Shown: positions 25,301 through 36,954 of the stretch, in pieces
Layout of the letters: each line of letters opens with the position of its first letter
How positions within the stretch are numbered: the stretch's first letter is position 1
Assembly (NCBI GenBank): GCA_028826165.1
Contig: JAPDFW010000114.1
Coordinates: forward strand, 930,001-994,000
Direction: 5' to 3'
Length of the DNA: 64,000 nt
Source of the DNA: Anaeramoeba ignava BMAN
Lineage: Eukaryota; Protista; Anaeramoebae
Notes under the pieces: model-generated
Databases searched by the model: none
Told to the model about the DNA's origin: nothing
Seen by the model: only the letters and a program-made list of their open reading frames with translations
Program-made: the position numbers and the translations under genes

Positions 25301-28300
25301 TTATAATAAAGGAAGTCAATCTTTAGAAATTTTAGGTTTAAATCAATCTCGTAATTTTATTCTCTTAAAAAAATAAAAATATTATTATTAAAAATTCAAT
25401 TTAACAAATTTATTTTTTTTTTCTAAAAAATAATAAATAGAAATTAAAAAACAATTTAAAGAAAAGAAAAGTAATTCAACTTCAAAACAAAAATAACTCA
25501 AAATAAAAACAAATTTTTTTTTGATTATTTATTACAAAATTTCCTTTTATTAGACATGGTAGAACATAGACAAAAAGAGAAATTTAATTTATTAAAAAAG
25601 GAATATAAGGAAAAAAATCAAGTAAAAAATAAATCTCACTTCTTAATTTATTAATTTATTAATCAATTAATTTATCTATCTTTTTTTTTTGTTTTGTTTT
25701 GTGAAATTTAGGTTAAAAATGTTCGTCTTTTTTTTTAAACAAAAAAATTTAATTTTTCATTTTTGGATTTTTTTTTTTTGATCAAATTCAGGACACTTTA
25801 TTTCATTTCTTTTCAAGAAAACAAGAACCCATTGATATTCAAATTTTGAAAGTTTTGATGAAAAAAGGAACAGAATGGTCTAAAACAAATGTATTTATCC
25901 TTTTTTTTTGTGAATCAATTAACTTAAAATGTTTTTTCTTTTTAAAATACAATAGCAAGTAAATCAAAAAAAAAATTTTTAATTTGAATTAAATTTGTTT
26001 TATTTAAATCCAAAACAAAACAAAACAAAACAAAACAAATAGAATGTAAAAAGAAAAAAGAATCAAAATTAAATCAAAATTAAATCAATATTTTTTATTA
26101 TTTTTAGAATGTAAAATTTTGATAAAATCATTTCATTTCATTTCAAATTCATAATTTCAATTTTAAAAAACAAATCAAAAAAGGAAACACCAATTCATTA
26201 TTTATGTAGAAATCATTCAATTAATTTGGAAGTTATTAAATTCTTATTTGAAAAAGGAGTTGATTTTAATTTTCAAACAGTAAATTTCTCTAATAATTTT
26301 ATTTTTCTTTAATTTAAATTGCATTAATCAAATTATTATTCTAGAATGTAAAAATTCATTTTAGACTTGAAAAAAAAATTCATTAATAATTCATTTTCAA
26401 AACAAAAAAGTTAACACCTCTTGATTATTTATGTCAAAACGAATCAATTACTTTGGAAATTATTAAATTTTTGATTGAAAAAGGATTTGATTTCAATAGT
26501 AATAGAGTAAATTTTCTTCTTTAATTATTTATAATTTATGTTTTTCTTTTGATTAAATTATCAAATTATTATTCTAGTATGTAAATTCTCAAATTGAATT
26601 AATTATTTCTTTTGATTAAATTATCAAATTATTATTTTAGGGTGTAAATTCTTCAAATTAATTTCAAAAAATTCATTTTTAATTCATTTTCTCAATTTAT
26701 TTCTTAAAAAAAAAAACAAGTATACACCATTTTTTTATTTATTCCGAAACAAAAAAGTTACATTTGAAATGATTGTATTATTGATTGAAAAAGGATTTAG
26801 ATTTGATTTTAAATTAGTAAAGCTTTTTTTTTTTTCAATTTTTTAAAAAAAGAAATGATTCAAAAAAAAATATTTTGGATTATTATTTAAATAGGATGTA
26901 AAAAATTAAATTAAAATATAATTCTTTCTAAATTTATTAGATTTTATAAAAATAAATCAAAAAATAAAAGGGAGTAAATAAAATAAATCAAATAAAACAA
27001 ATAAATCAAACAAATTAATAAAATTATAATTAATTATAATCAGGCAACACCTGTTCATTATTTATGCAAACATCAATCAGTAACAAAAGAAACAATTCAA
27101 TTATTAATTGAAAAAAAAGCAAATTTTACTATTCCAGATGTATTTCATTTCCATTTTCTTTTTTTTCAATTTAAAATTCCTTTTTATTTATTATTTATTA
27201 TTTATTATTTATAATTCAAATCAAATCAAAATAGAATGTAAAATATAAAATAAATTAATTAATCAAAAAAGGAAAAAACAATTCCCATTTTAATCATTTT
27301 AAATTCACTTTTTTTTATTATTATTATTATTATTAAAAAGACTGTAAAAATTAAAATGATTAAAATTATTCCTTTCTTTAATTTTAATATAAAATGATTT
27401 TTGTTTTGTTTTTAGCAAGTAAAATTGTTTATCCAAAAAGAAAACTAAATTTCAACTTCTAAATTTTTTAATTAATAATTCATTTTTAAAACAAAAAAAA
27501 AAAGCAAACACCACTTTATTATTTATGCCAAAACAATTCAATTAATTCAGAAATTATTAAATTATTGATTGAAAAAGGATTTGATTTTAATTTGAAAATA
27601 GTAAAACTTTTTTTTTCAATTAATTTGATTTAATTTAATTTACTTTTTAAATTTTAAATTATAAATTAGAAAGTATGTAACATTTAAAAACTAAATAATA
27701 AATTAAATTATTCAAATTATTATTTTAGGATGTAAATTCTCAAAATTAATTTTAAAAAATTCGTTTTTAATTCATTTTCTCAATTTATTTCTTAAAACAA
27801 AAAAAAAGTATACAATATTTTACTATTTATCTCAAAAGAAAAAAATTACAATAGAAATTATTGTATTATTGATTGAAAAAGGATTTGATTTTAATTTTAA
27901 ATTAGTAAAGCTTTTTTTTTCAATTTTTAAAAAAAGAAATAATTCAAAAAAATATTTTGAATTATTATTTAAATAGAGTGTAAAAAATTAGATTAAAATA
28001 TAATTCTTTCTAAATTTATTAAATTTTATAAAAATAAATCAAAAAATAAAAGGGAGTAAATAAAATAAATCAAATAAAATAAATCAAACAAATTAATAAA
28101 ATTATAATTAATTATAATCAGACAACACCTGTTCATTATTTATGCCAAAATCAAACATTAACAAAAGAAACAATTCAATTATTAATTGAAAAAAAAGCAG
28201 ATTTTACTATTCCAGATGTATTTCATTTCCATTTTCATTTTGTTTTCAATTTAAAATTCCTTTTTATTATATTATTTATAATTCAAATTAAATCAAATCA

Positions 28301-31300
28301 AAATAGAATGTAAAATATAAAATAAATTAATTAATCAAAAAAGGAAAAAACAATTTCCATTCTAATCATTTTAAATTCACTTTTTTTTTTATTATTATTA
28401 AAAAAAAAGACTGTAAAAATTAAAATGATTAAAATTATTCCTTTCCTTAAATTTAATATAAAATGATTTTTGTTTTGTTTTCAGAAAGTAAAATTGTTTA
28501 TCCAAAAAGAAAACTAAATTTCAACTTCTAAATTTTTTAATTAATAATTCATTTTTAAAACAAAAAAAAAAGCAAACACCACTTTATTATTTATGTCAAA
28601 ACAATTCAATTAATTCAGAAATTATTAAATTATTGATTGAAAAAGGATTTGATTTTAATTTGAAAACAGTAAAACTTTTTTTTTCAATTAATTTGATTTA
28701 CTTTTTAAATTTAAAATTAGAAAGTATGTAACATTTAAAAACTAATTAATAAATTAAATTATTCAAATTATTATTTTAGGATGTAAATTCGGTCAAATTA
28801 ATTTTAAAAAATTCGTTTTTAATTCATTTTCTCAATTTATTTCTTAAAACAAAAAAAAAGTATACAATATTTTACTATTTATATCAAAAGAAAAAAATTA
28901 CAATAGAAATTATTGATTTGTTGATTAAAAAAGGATTTGATTTTAATTTTCAAGAAGTAATTTTTTCCTCTTTAATTGTTTTGAATTTGATTTTTTAATT
29001 TATAATTTATTAGAAAGTAAAAAATTAAATATTATTTTTGATTTGGATTTTCAAATTTATTTTCCAAAAAAAAAATAATAAAAGGATGTAAAATTATTTC
29101 AAAAAATATTTCTTAATCAAAATTAATTTGAATTAAAAAAAAAATAAAAGGGAGTAAATTTAAATTCAAAATCAAATTCAAAATCAAAATTCAAAATTAA
29201 AATTCAAAATTCAAAATTAAAATTAAAATCAAAATCAAAAGAAAACATCATTGGCTTATTTATGTTTAGATCGATCAATAAAAAAAGAGATGATTAATTT
29301 TTTGATGGAAAAACAATCTCATTTCAAAGGAGTAAAAAAAGAATTTCATTTCAGTTATAATTCTTTTCATAATAATAAAATTTAAATAAAAATAAATAGA
29401 GATTACCTATAGCTTATTTATCCCAAAATGAATCAATCACAAAGGAGATTATCAAATTATTAGTGAATAAAGAAATTGATCCAAAAGAAGTAAATAATTT
29501 TTCTTTTTTCTTTTTTGCTTTTCTCTTTATTAATTATTTTGATCTTCAATGAAATAGATAGTAATATAAAAAAATAAGAATAAATTAGATTAAATTTAAT
29601 TTTGTTGGAATAAAATAAACGGGAAAAAAAAAAGAGTGTAAAATAAAAATTTCTAAATTGGAATTGAATTTTTTTAATAATTCAATCAATACTATTTTAT
29701 TATAAAAAAGGTAACCAAGTTATCAGCATTAGGTTATTTATGCCAAGAAAAACCAATAAGAAAAGAAATGATTGAATTTTTAATCCAAAGAGGAATTGAT
29801 TTTAACCTTAAAGATGTAAATTATCTATTTTTATTTGAAAATTTAAATTTAAATTAAAATTTATAATTAAAGCAAGTAAATCCAAAAAAAAATAATCAAT
29901 TACTTTTTTTCTTTAAATTAAAATCATTTTGAAAAAAGTATGTAAAAAAAAAGATATTAAAATTAAAAGAAACATTATTTAATGAAACTAAAATAAATAA
30001 TATTCCAATTATTCTTTTTTAGGGAGTAAATTTTTTTTTATTAAATAACAAATTAAAATTTAAATTTAAATCAAAATTTTTGTTAAAAAAAAAGCAAACA
30101 GGAACTTATTATTTATGCCAAAATTCATCAATTACTTTGGAGATGATTAAATTTTTTATTGAAAAAGGATTTGAATTTGGTTTTAATGAAGTAAAATTTT
30201 TTTATATTCAAATTCAAAATTCAAAATTCAAAATTCAAATTCAAAATCAAAATAGAAAGTAATAAATAAAATAAAATTGAATTAAACTAAATTGAATTAA
30301 AATTTTAAAAAAAAAAGGATGTAAAAATAAACAAAAATTTCTAAGATGAAAATTTAAAAATTAATAAAAATATCAATATAATTTTAAAAAGGGAGTAAAA
30401 TCAAAATAAGAAAAATTAGAAATTCAAATTCAAATTCAAATTTTTTAATTTTTAAAATAAAAAAAAGAAAACAACACCAATTCATTATTTATGTGGAAAT
30501 TCATCAATTACTTTAGAAATGATTAAATTTTTAATTGAAAAGGGATTTGATTTTAATAAAGTAAATCTTTTTGTTTCCAAAAAATAAGAATAATTCAATT
30601 CAAAAATTTATATTTATCTCTTTTTAAAAAAATAAAAAGAACATTGCAACAACTTATTGTTTACTCCAAAATCCATCAACTACTTTGGAAATGATTCAAT
30701 TATTAATTGAAAAGGGATTTGATTTTAATAAAGTAAATCTTTTTTCAATCAAAAATTTAATAATAATTTATTTCTATTTATCTTTTGTTTAAAAAAAAGA
30801 ATACAGCAGCAATTAATAATTTATTCCAATCTCGACCAATCACTTTAGAAATGATTAAATTTTTGATTGAAAAAGGATTTGATTTTAACAAAGTAAATCT
30901 TTTTTCAATCAAAAATTTAATAATAATTTATTTCTATTTTTCTTTTGTTTAAAAAAAAAAAGAACACAGCAATACATTTTTTATTCCAAAAACCATCAAT
31001 TAATTTAGAGATGATTAAATTTTTTATTGAAAAAGGATTTGATTTTGATTTTAATGAAGTAAAATTTTTTTTATATTTAAATCCAAATTCAAATTCAAAA
31101 TTCAAAATTCAAATTCAAAATTCAAAATTCAAATTCAAAATCAAAATAGAAAGTAATAAAAAAAATAAAATTGAATTAAACTAAATTGAATTAAAATTTT
31201 AAAAAAAAAGGATGTAAAAATAAACAAAACTTTCTAAGATGAAAATTTAAAAATTAATAAAAATATCAATATAATTTTAAAAAGGGAGTAAAATCAAAAT

Positions 31301-34300
31301 AAGAAAAATTAGAAATTCAAATTCAAATTTTTTAATTTTTAAAATAAAAAACAGAAAACTGCGATTCATTATTTATTCCAAAATCCATCAATTACTTTAG
31401 AAATGATTAAATTATTGACTGAAAAAGAATTTGAATTAGATTTTAGTGGAGTAAATTTTTATTAATTAATTAAAAAAATCAAATTCAAATTCAAAATCAA
31501 AATCAAATTCAAAATCAAAATCAAAATCAAAATCAAATTCAAATTCAAAATCAAAATCAAATTCAAAAATCAAATTCAAAATCAAATTGAAAACCAAAAT
31601 CAAATTCAAAATCAAAATAGAAAGTAATAAATAAAATAAAATTGAATTAAACTGAATTGAATTAAAATTTTAAAAAAAAAGGATGTAAAAATAAACAAAA
31701 ATTTCTAAGATGAAAATTTAAAAATTAATAAAAATATCAATATAATTTTAAAAAGGGAGTAAAATCAAAATAAGAAAAATTAGAAATTCAAATTCAAATT
31801 TTTTAATTTTTAAAATAAAAAACAGAATACTGCAATTCATTATTTATGCCAAAATCCATCAATTACTTTAGAAATGATTAAATTATTGATTAAAAAAGGA
31901 TATAATTTTGATTTGGAAGGAGTAAATTTTTTGTTTTTTATTCAAATTTATTTCTAAATTTTCATTTCTTTCTTTCAAAAAAAAAATTTAGAAAGTAAAA
32001 ACAAAAACAAAAACAAAAACAATTTAAAAAATTAAATTTAAAAAAATTCAAAAGGATGTAAAAATAATTTCTAGAAAAATAAAATAATACAAAACAATAA
32101 TTCTCATTTTAATAATTATTGAGATAGAAAGTAAAAAAAAATCCAAAAATAAAATAATTAAATTTGATTTAAAATTCCAAATTTGTTTTCCAAAAAAAAA
32201 ACAAAGAACAAAGCAATCCATTATTTATTCCAAAATCCATCAATTAATGTGGAAATGATTAAACTTTTTATTAAAAAAAGAGTTGAATTAAACTTTCAAT
32301 ATGTAAAAAAAAATAATATTTTAAAATCAAAAATAAAATGATTTCAATTCTAAATTTTGAAACGAAATATTATTCTTTTATTTTCATTCCTTTGTTTTTA
32401 AATTATATAATTCATAGAAAGTAAAAACAATCCAAAAAAAAAATATTTTTCTTTTTCTTTTTTCTAAAACAAAAATTTTAGGGAGTAAATAATTTTTTAT
32501 TTACATCTTTTCTTATTTTTTTTTGATTAATTTCCAAAAAAAAAAAAAAAAAAAAAAGTTGTCTCCAGTTCATTATTTATGTAGGAATAAATCAATTACA
32601 TTTCAAATAATCGAAGTATTAGTTGATCATGGAGCTAATTTTAATTTAGATGGAGTAAATATTTTTTTTTGTTTTATATATTTTCTCTTCTTTTATTTTA
32701 TTAAATTTACTAAAATGAAAAAATTTATATTTTTATATTATTGATATTATTAATATTAATATTATTAGGTTGTAATAATTTTAAGAAAAATCAAAATCGG
32801 CATTAATAATAATATTCAAATTTTCATTATCCTTTTTTTTGAAATAACTATAGTCTGTAAAATATTAAAATAAATTAAAATAAATTAAGAATTTTATACT
32901 GATTTTATATTTTCCATTTTTTAAAAACAGCCTGTAAAAAATATTTCTTTATAATTTTATAATAAAAATATTTGAAATTAATAATAATTCAATTTCTCTT
33001 TTTTTCAATTCTAAAATAAGATTTTTGATAATAATCAAAAAAAAAAGGATGTAACAAAATTCTTTTTTGATTAACAAGAAAAATAACAATAATAAAATAA
33101 TAACATGTTTTCTTGTTAAAATGAAATAGAATGTAAGAATTCGAAAAAAAAATAGTTCATTTTGAATAAGAAAATTATATTATTAAAAAATGAAAGAATT
33201 TTTTTTATGTTAATTTATATTCACATTTATTTTTGATTTAAATATTTTTTCAAATCAAATTTTGTTAAAAAAAATTGATTAAAATAGTACGTAAATGAAT
33301 TTTGAAATGAATTTTGAAATGAATCTCTTTTTTCAATTTAGTTTCTTTCTTAAAAAAAAAACAACATTTTAAATAAAATAGTCTGTAAAAAACAAAAATC
33401 CTAATTTTTCCTTATTTAAATTATTTTTATTTAAATTATTTTTAATTTGAAAAATATCAATAGAAAGTAAAACCCAAATCAATAGAATCTTTTTAACTAC
33501 TTAAATTTGAAGTTTTTGTTTTCTCTTTCTTTTTAAATAAATAAATAAATAAAAAGTGGACACCTCTGCATGATTTATGTCAAAATCAATCAATTACAAA
33601 CGAGATGGTTCAATTATTAGTTAGAAAAGCTAATTTTAATATTCAATTTGTAAAAACATTATTTAACAAAAAACAAATGAATAAAATTAATTCAATTAAT
33701 TTTTAATTAATTAATTTTAAAAAGGGAGTAAATTGTTATAAAATAATAAATTGAATTGAAAAAAAAGAGATAAAAAATATTAATCAATTCATTTTAAAAA
33801 AAAGCGTGTAAACTATAACAATTCATCAGAATTAACATTGAAAAAATTTATTATCATTTTCATTTTCATTTTCATTTTCATTTTCATTTAATCTTTAATC
33901 AAAATAGGGAGTAAATTGAAAACAAAATATTTTCATAAAAATTATTCACTTTTTCAATAATAAATTAAGGAAAATTTAGAATTAAAAATATTATTTTTTT
34001 TTAATAATCAAAATGAAATGAAATCAAATCAAACATATTTTGAATTTGTATTTTTATTTCCAAAATTTAATTATGATAATAATAATTAAATAGGATGTAA
34101 TTATTAAAATTTAATATGAGAAAAAAAAATCAAAAAATTTATTGTTGTTGTTATTTAAATGATTAAAATAGTCTGTAAATAAAACTTAATAAATTTCTTT
34201 TTAATTTCTCTAAAAAAAATTGTAAAATAAATAGTATGTAAAATAATTTTTATTTTCCACTTTCTCTAAAACTAAAAAAATAAAATTGATTTTTTATAAA

Positions 34301-36909
34301 AATAGTTCGTAAAATAATAAGAAAAATAAATGGAAAAAGGATAAATTGTATTCAATTTTTTTTTGAAATAAAAATATTTAAATTAATTTAGTATTCCCCA
34401 CTTCATTACTTATGCTCGAACACTTCAATTACAACAGAAATGATTGGAATTTTGGCTAAAGCTCAAGTTAATTTCAATTTACAATGGGTAAAAATAAATT
34501 GATTTGCAAATTTTTCCTTTCTAATTTATTGAATTAATTACTAAATAGACTGTAATTATTATTCCTAAAAAAAAAAACTTCAAACCAAAAAACTAATTGA
34601 AATTTTTTCCTAATTAAATAGAAAGTAATTAAATTTAAAAAATCCATTTTACTTTTTAAAAAATTTCATAAACAATTTTTTTTTGGTTAAATAGACTGTA
34701 AACAATATTTAATGAGAAAAAGATTTTGAAAGGAATTTAAATTTAATTCTTGAAATAATTATTAAATAGACCGTAAAAAAAGAAATACAATTCAAAAATC
34801 AAATCTAAATCAAAATTAAAAATAAAAATTCAAATAGTCTGTAAATTAATTAAGAATTTTCCTTTTAAAATCCCAAACCTATTTTTATTTTCCAAAAATT
34901 ATTTAATAGTATGTAAATATTATTTCTTATTGAAAAGTGATTTTTATCTCAAAAAAAATTTTTCAATCTTTTTAATATTTTTTTAGCAAGTAAGAACATA
35001 AATAACAAAATAATTTTTCTCTTTCTTTTGGTTTTTTAAAATTTTTTCATCAAAAAATAAAAAAGGAAGTAAAAAAGAAATTAGAAAAAATACAACTTAA
35101 TTTTTATAAAATTAAATTTTTTTCTGTTCTCTTTTTTGAATTAACAAAATAGAGAGTAAAAAATAATAAGATGATTCCACAAAAAAAATTTATTTTCCAT
35201 TTTATATAAAAAAATAGATTGTAAATATTTCATTTCATATATTATTGAATTAATTTCTTTTTTATTATTTATTTCTTTTTGGAAATTAAAATTAATCCAT
35301 TTGAAAAATAGAATGTAAAAAAATCTCATTTAAGAAATAAATTTTATTGATAATAATAACAAAATTCAAATTTCTTTTTCATTATTGAATAAAATAGCCT
35401 GTAAATAATTTAAATAAATTTTGTTTTTATAAAAAAATCTTAAATTATTTTATAAAAACAAAAAACAATTAGCATGTAAATCAAAAATTAAAATTAAAAT
35501 TAAACTGAAATTAAACACAAAAATATTATAGGGAGTAAATAATTTAAGAAAAAAAAATGTTGTTTTATGAGAAAAAATTTAAATTATTTATTTATTAGGA
35601 TGTAAATATTATTTTTCAAATTTAAATTTTCTTTTCTAAATTATAAAAATTATTAAATATTGATTAAAAAAAGTATGTAAAAAAAAAATTTAGGAAATTT
35701 CAAAAAGAAAAATCTAATATTAAAAATTAATCTAAATAGCATGTAAATATTGGAAAAAAATAAAATCAAAAAACTCTAATCAAAAAAAAATCTTTATTTT
35801 TCCTTTCAAAAGGATGTAAATTAAATGAATTTTTAAAAATATAACTTCTTATCTTTTTCTAAATTGATTTTTTTCATTTATTTTAAATAGTATGTAAATA
35901 AAATGAATTGAATTATTTTTTTCATTTCTTAATTTTTCTTGAACCATTAAATAGTTTGTAAATCATCTTTTGATTTTGATTTTGATTTTGATTTTTTAAA
36001 TTTTAATAATAATTTAGAATGTAATCCAAAATCATTTTTTCCCTAGAATATAATAATAATAATAAATCTTTTTTTGTAAAATTAATTAATTAACTCATAG
36101 TGGGTAAATAAATTAGGATTACTTTCTTTTTTTCTGGAATTAATTGATAAATTATTTAGAGAGTAAATATCAATCATTTTGTTTTTTTTTTCATAAATTA
36201 ATTAAACTATTAAATAGACAGTAAAATTTATTTTATTTCCTAAATTTTTTTTTGAAATTTATTTGGAATATTTTTCAATTTAATAAAAAGAAAGTAAAAA
36301 ATTATTTTAGAAATTTTAATAAATTTTACATTTTTATTATGAAATTTTAATTTGTTAATTAGTATGTAAATTGCATTTTTATTGAAATTTATTTTATTTA
36401 AATTTATAAATTTTATAAATAGGTTGTAAAAATTCATTTTAGAAATTGAAATGATATTTTTTGGGAAATTTTTACTAATTCATTAATTTAATAGCATGTA
36501 AATAATTTTTATTAAAACTTGAATTTTTATTTTATTTCCTTTTTTTTGGAAATTAATGAATTAGGAAGTAAAAAATATAATTAATAATAAATTTTTGGAT
36601 CATTTTTATCAATTAAAATGAATTAGAGAGTAAAAAAAATATCACATCAAAATTTAATATTTATTTTCTTTAATCTTTACAAATTAATTAGAGAGTAAAT
36701 TTAAAGCAAAAATTTTATCAATAATAACTAATTTTGATTTTAATTTTTTTTTTTAGGAAACTCCTTTATATTTTCTCTGCAAAAATCCATCAATTACAGA
36801 AGAAATGATCAAATTATTGAAACAAACAAATGCTGATTTTAATTTAAAGATAAATACTGGAAAAACACCAAAAGATCTTCTTAAGGATTCACTAAAAAAA
36901 TTGATTTAA
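22353..36909 (+). CDS. Giant multi-exon gene: RING finger - pseudokinase - 8-aa repeats - coiled coil - ARM-like repeats - about 25 ankyrin-repeat exons with about 88 3-nt microexons
   Basis: [25 protein letters not shown]; kinase fold with [12 protein letters not shown] and DFC. In-frame GT-AG joins read by hand: 22353-23358, 23768-24192, 24256-24508, 24615-24731, 24811-24933, 25016-25144, 25219-25350, 25441-25470, 25554-25621, 25712-25720, then ankyrin exons from 25792 to the last exon 36757-36909 ([19 protein letters not shown]). Confidence 0.75.
23365..23730. repeat. (AAAATC)n microsatellite in intron 1 of the RING-kinase-ankyrin gene
   Basis: Directly visible. Confidence 0.9.
23793..24075 (+). 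repeat. Coding 24-bp minisatellite encoding (NQI[T/K]NE[P/S]F)n
   Basis: About 11-12 tandem units, in frame within exon 2. Confidence 0.85.
25792..36909 (+). other. Ankyrin exon array (starts 25792, 26184, 26411, 26721, 27044, 27505, 27809, 28122, 28573, 28861, 29242, 29400, ~29711, 30095, 30468, 30640, 30800, 30963, 31355, 31826, 32207, 32559, 33557, 34392, 36757) interleaved with single-codon microexons
   Basis: Each exon is about 90-99 nt, phase 0-0, and reads xTPxHYLCxNxSITxEMIxxLIEKGxDFN. Between them lie AG-NNN-GT units, mostly spaced about 60-100 nt apart. Confidence 0.85.
34549..36694 (+). other. Array of 31 consecutive 3-nt microexons
   Basis: ACT AAA ACT ACC TCT TAT CAA GAA AGA ATT AAT CCT CAT GGA GAT TAT CAT GAT TAT TTT AAT TGG AGA ACA AAA TAT GTT CAT GAA AGA AGA, each flanked by (T/A)AG and GTAA. 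Confidence 0.85.
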
Positions 36910-36954
36910 CACAAGATTAATTTCTTTCTTTCAAAAACTAGAAATTTTTTCTTC

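Noticed and set aside
34488-36756. The regularly spaced short motifs with unique spacers resemble a CRISPR array
   Set aside because: The only conserved parts are the AG and GTAA splice signals. There is no 25-45-nt direct repeat, no cas gene, and the context is a eukaryotic gene.
22353-36909. DNA-level diversification (a diversity-generating retroelement or recombinase cassettes)
   Set aside because: No reverse transcriptase, recombinase, template/variable repeat pair or recombination signal is visible in the window. The unit boundaries are splice sites.
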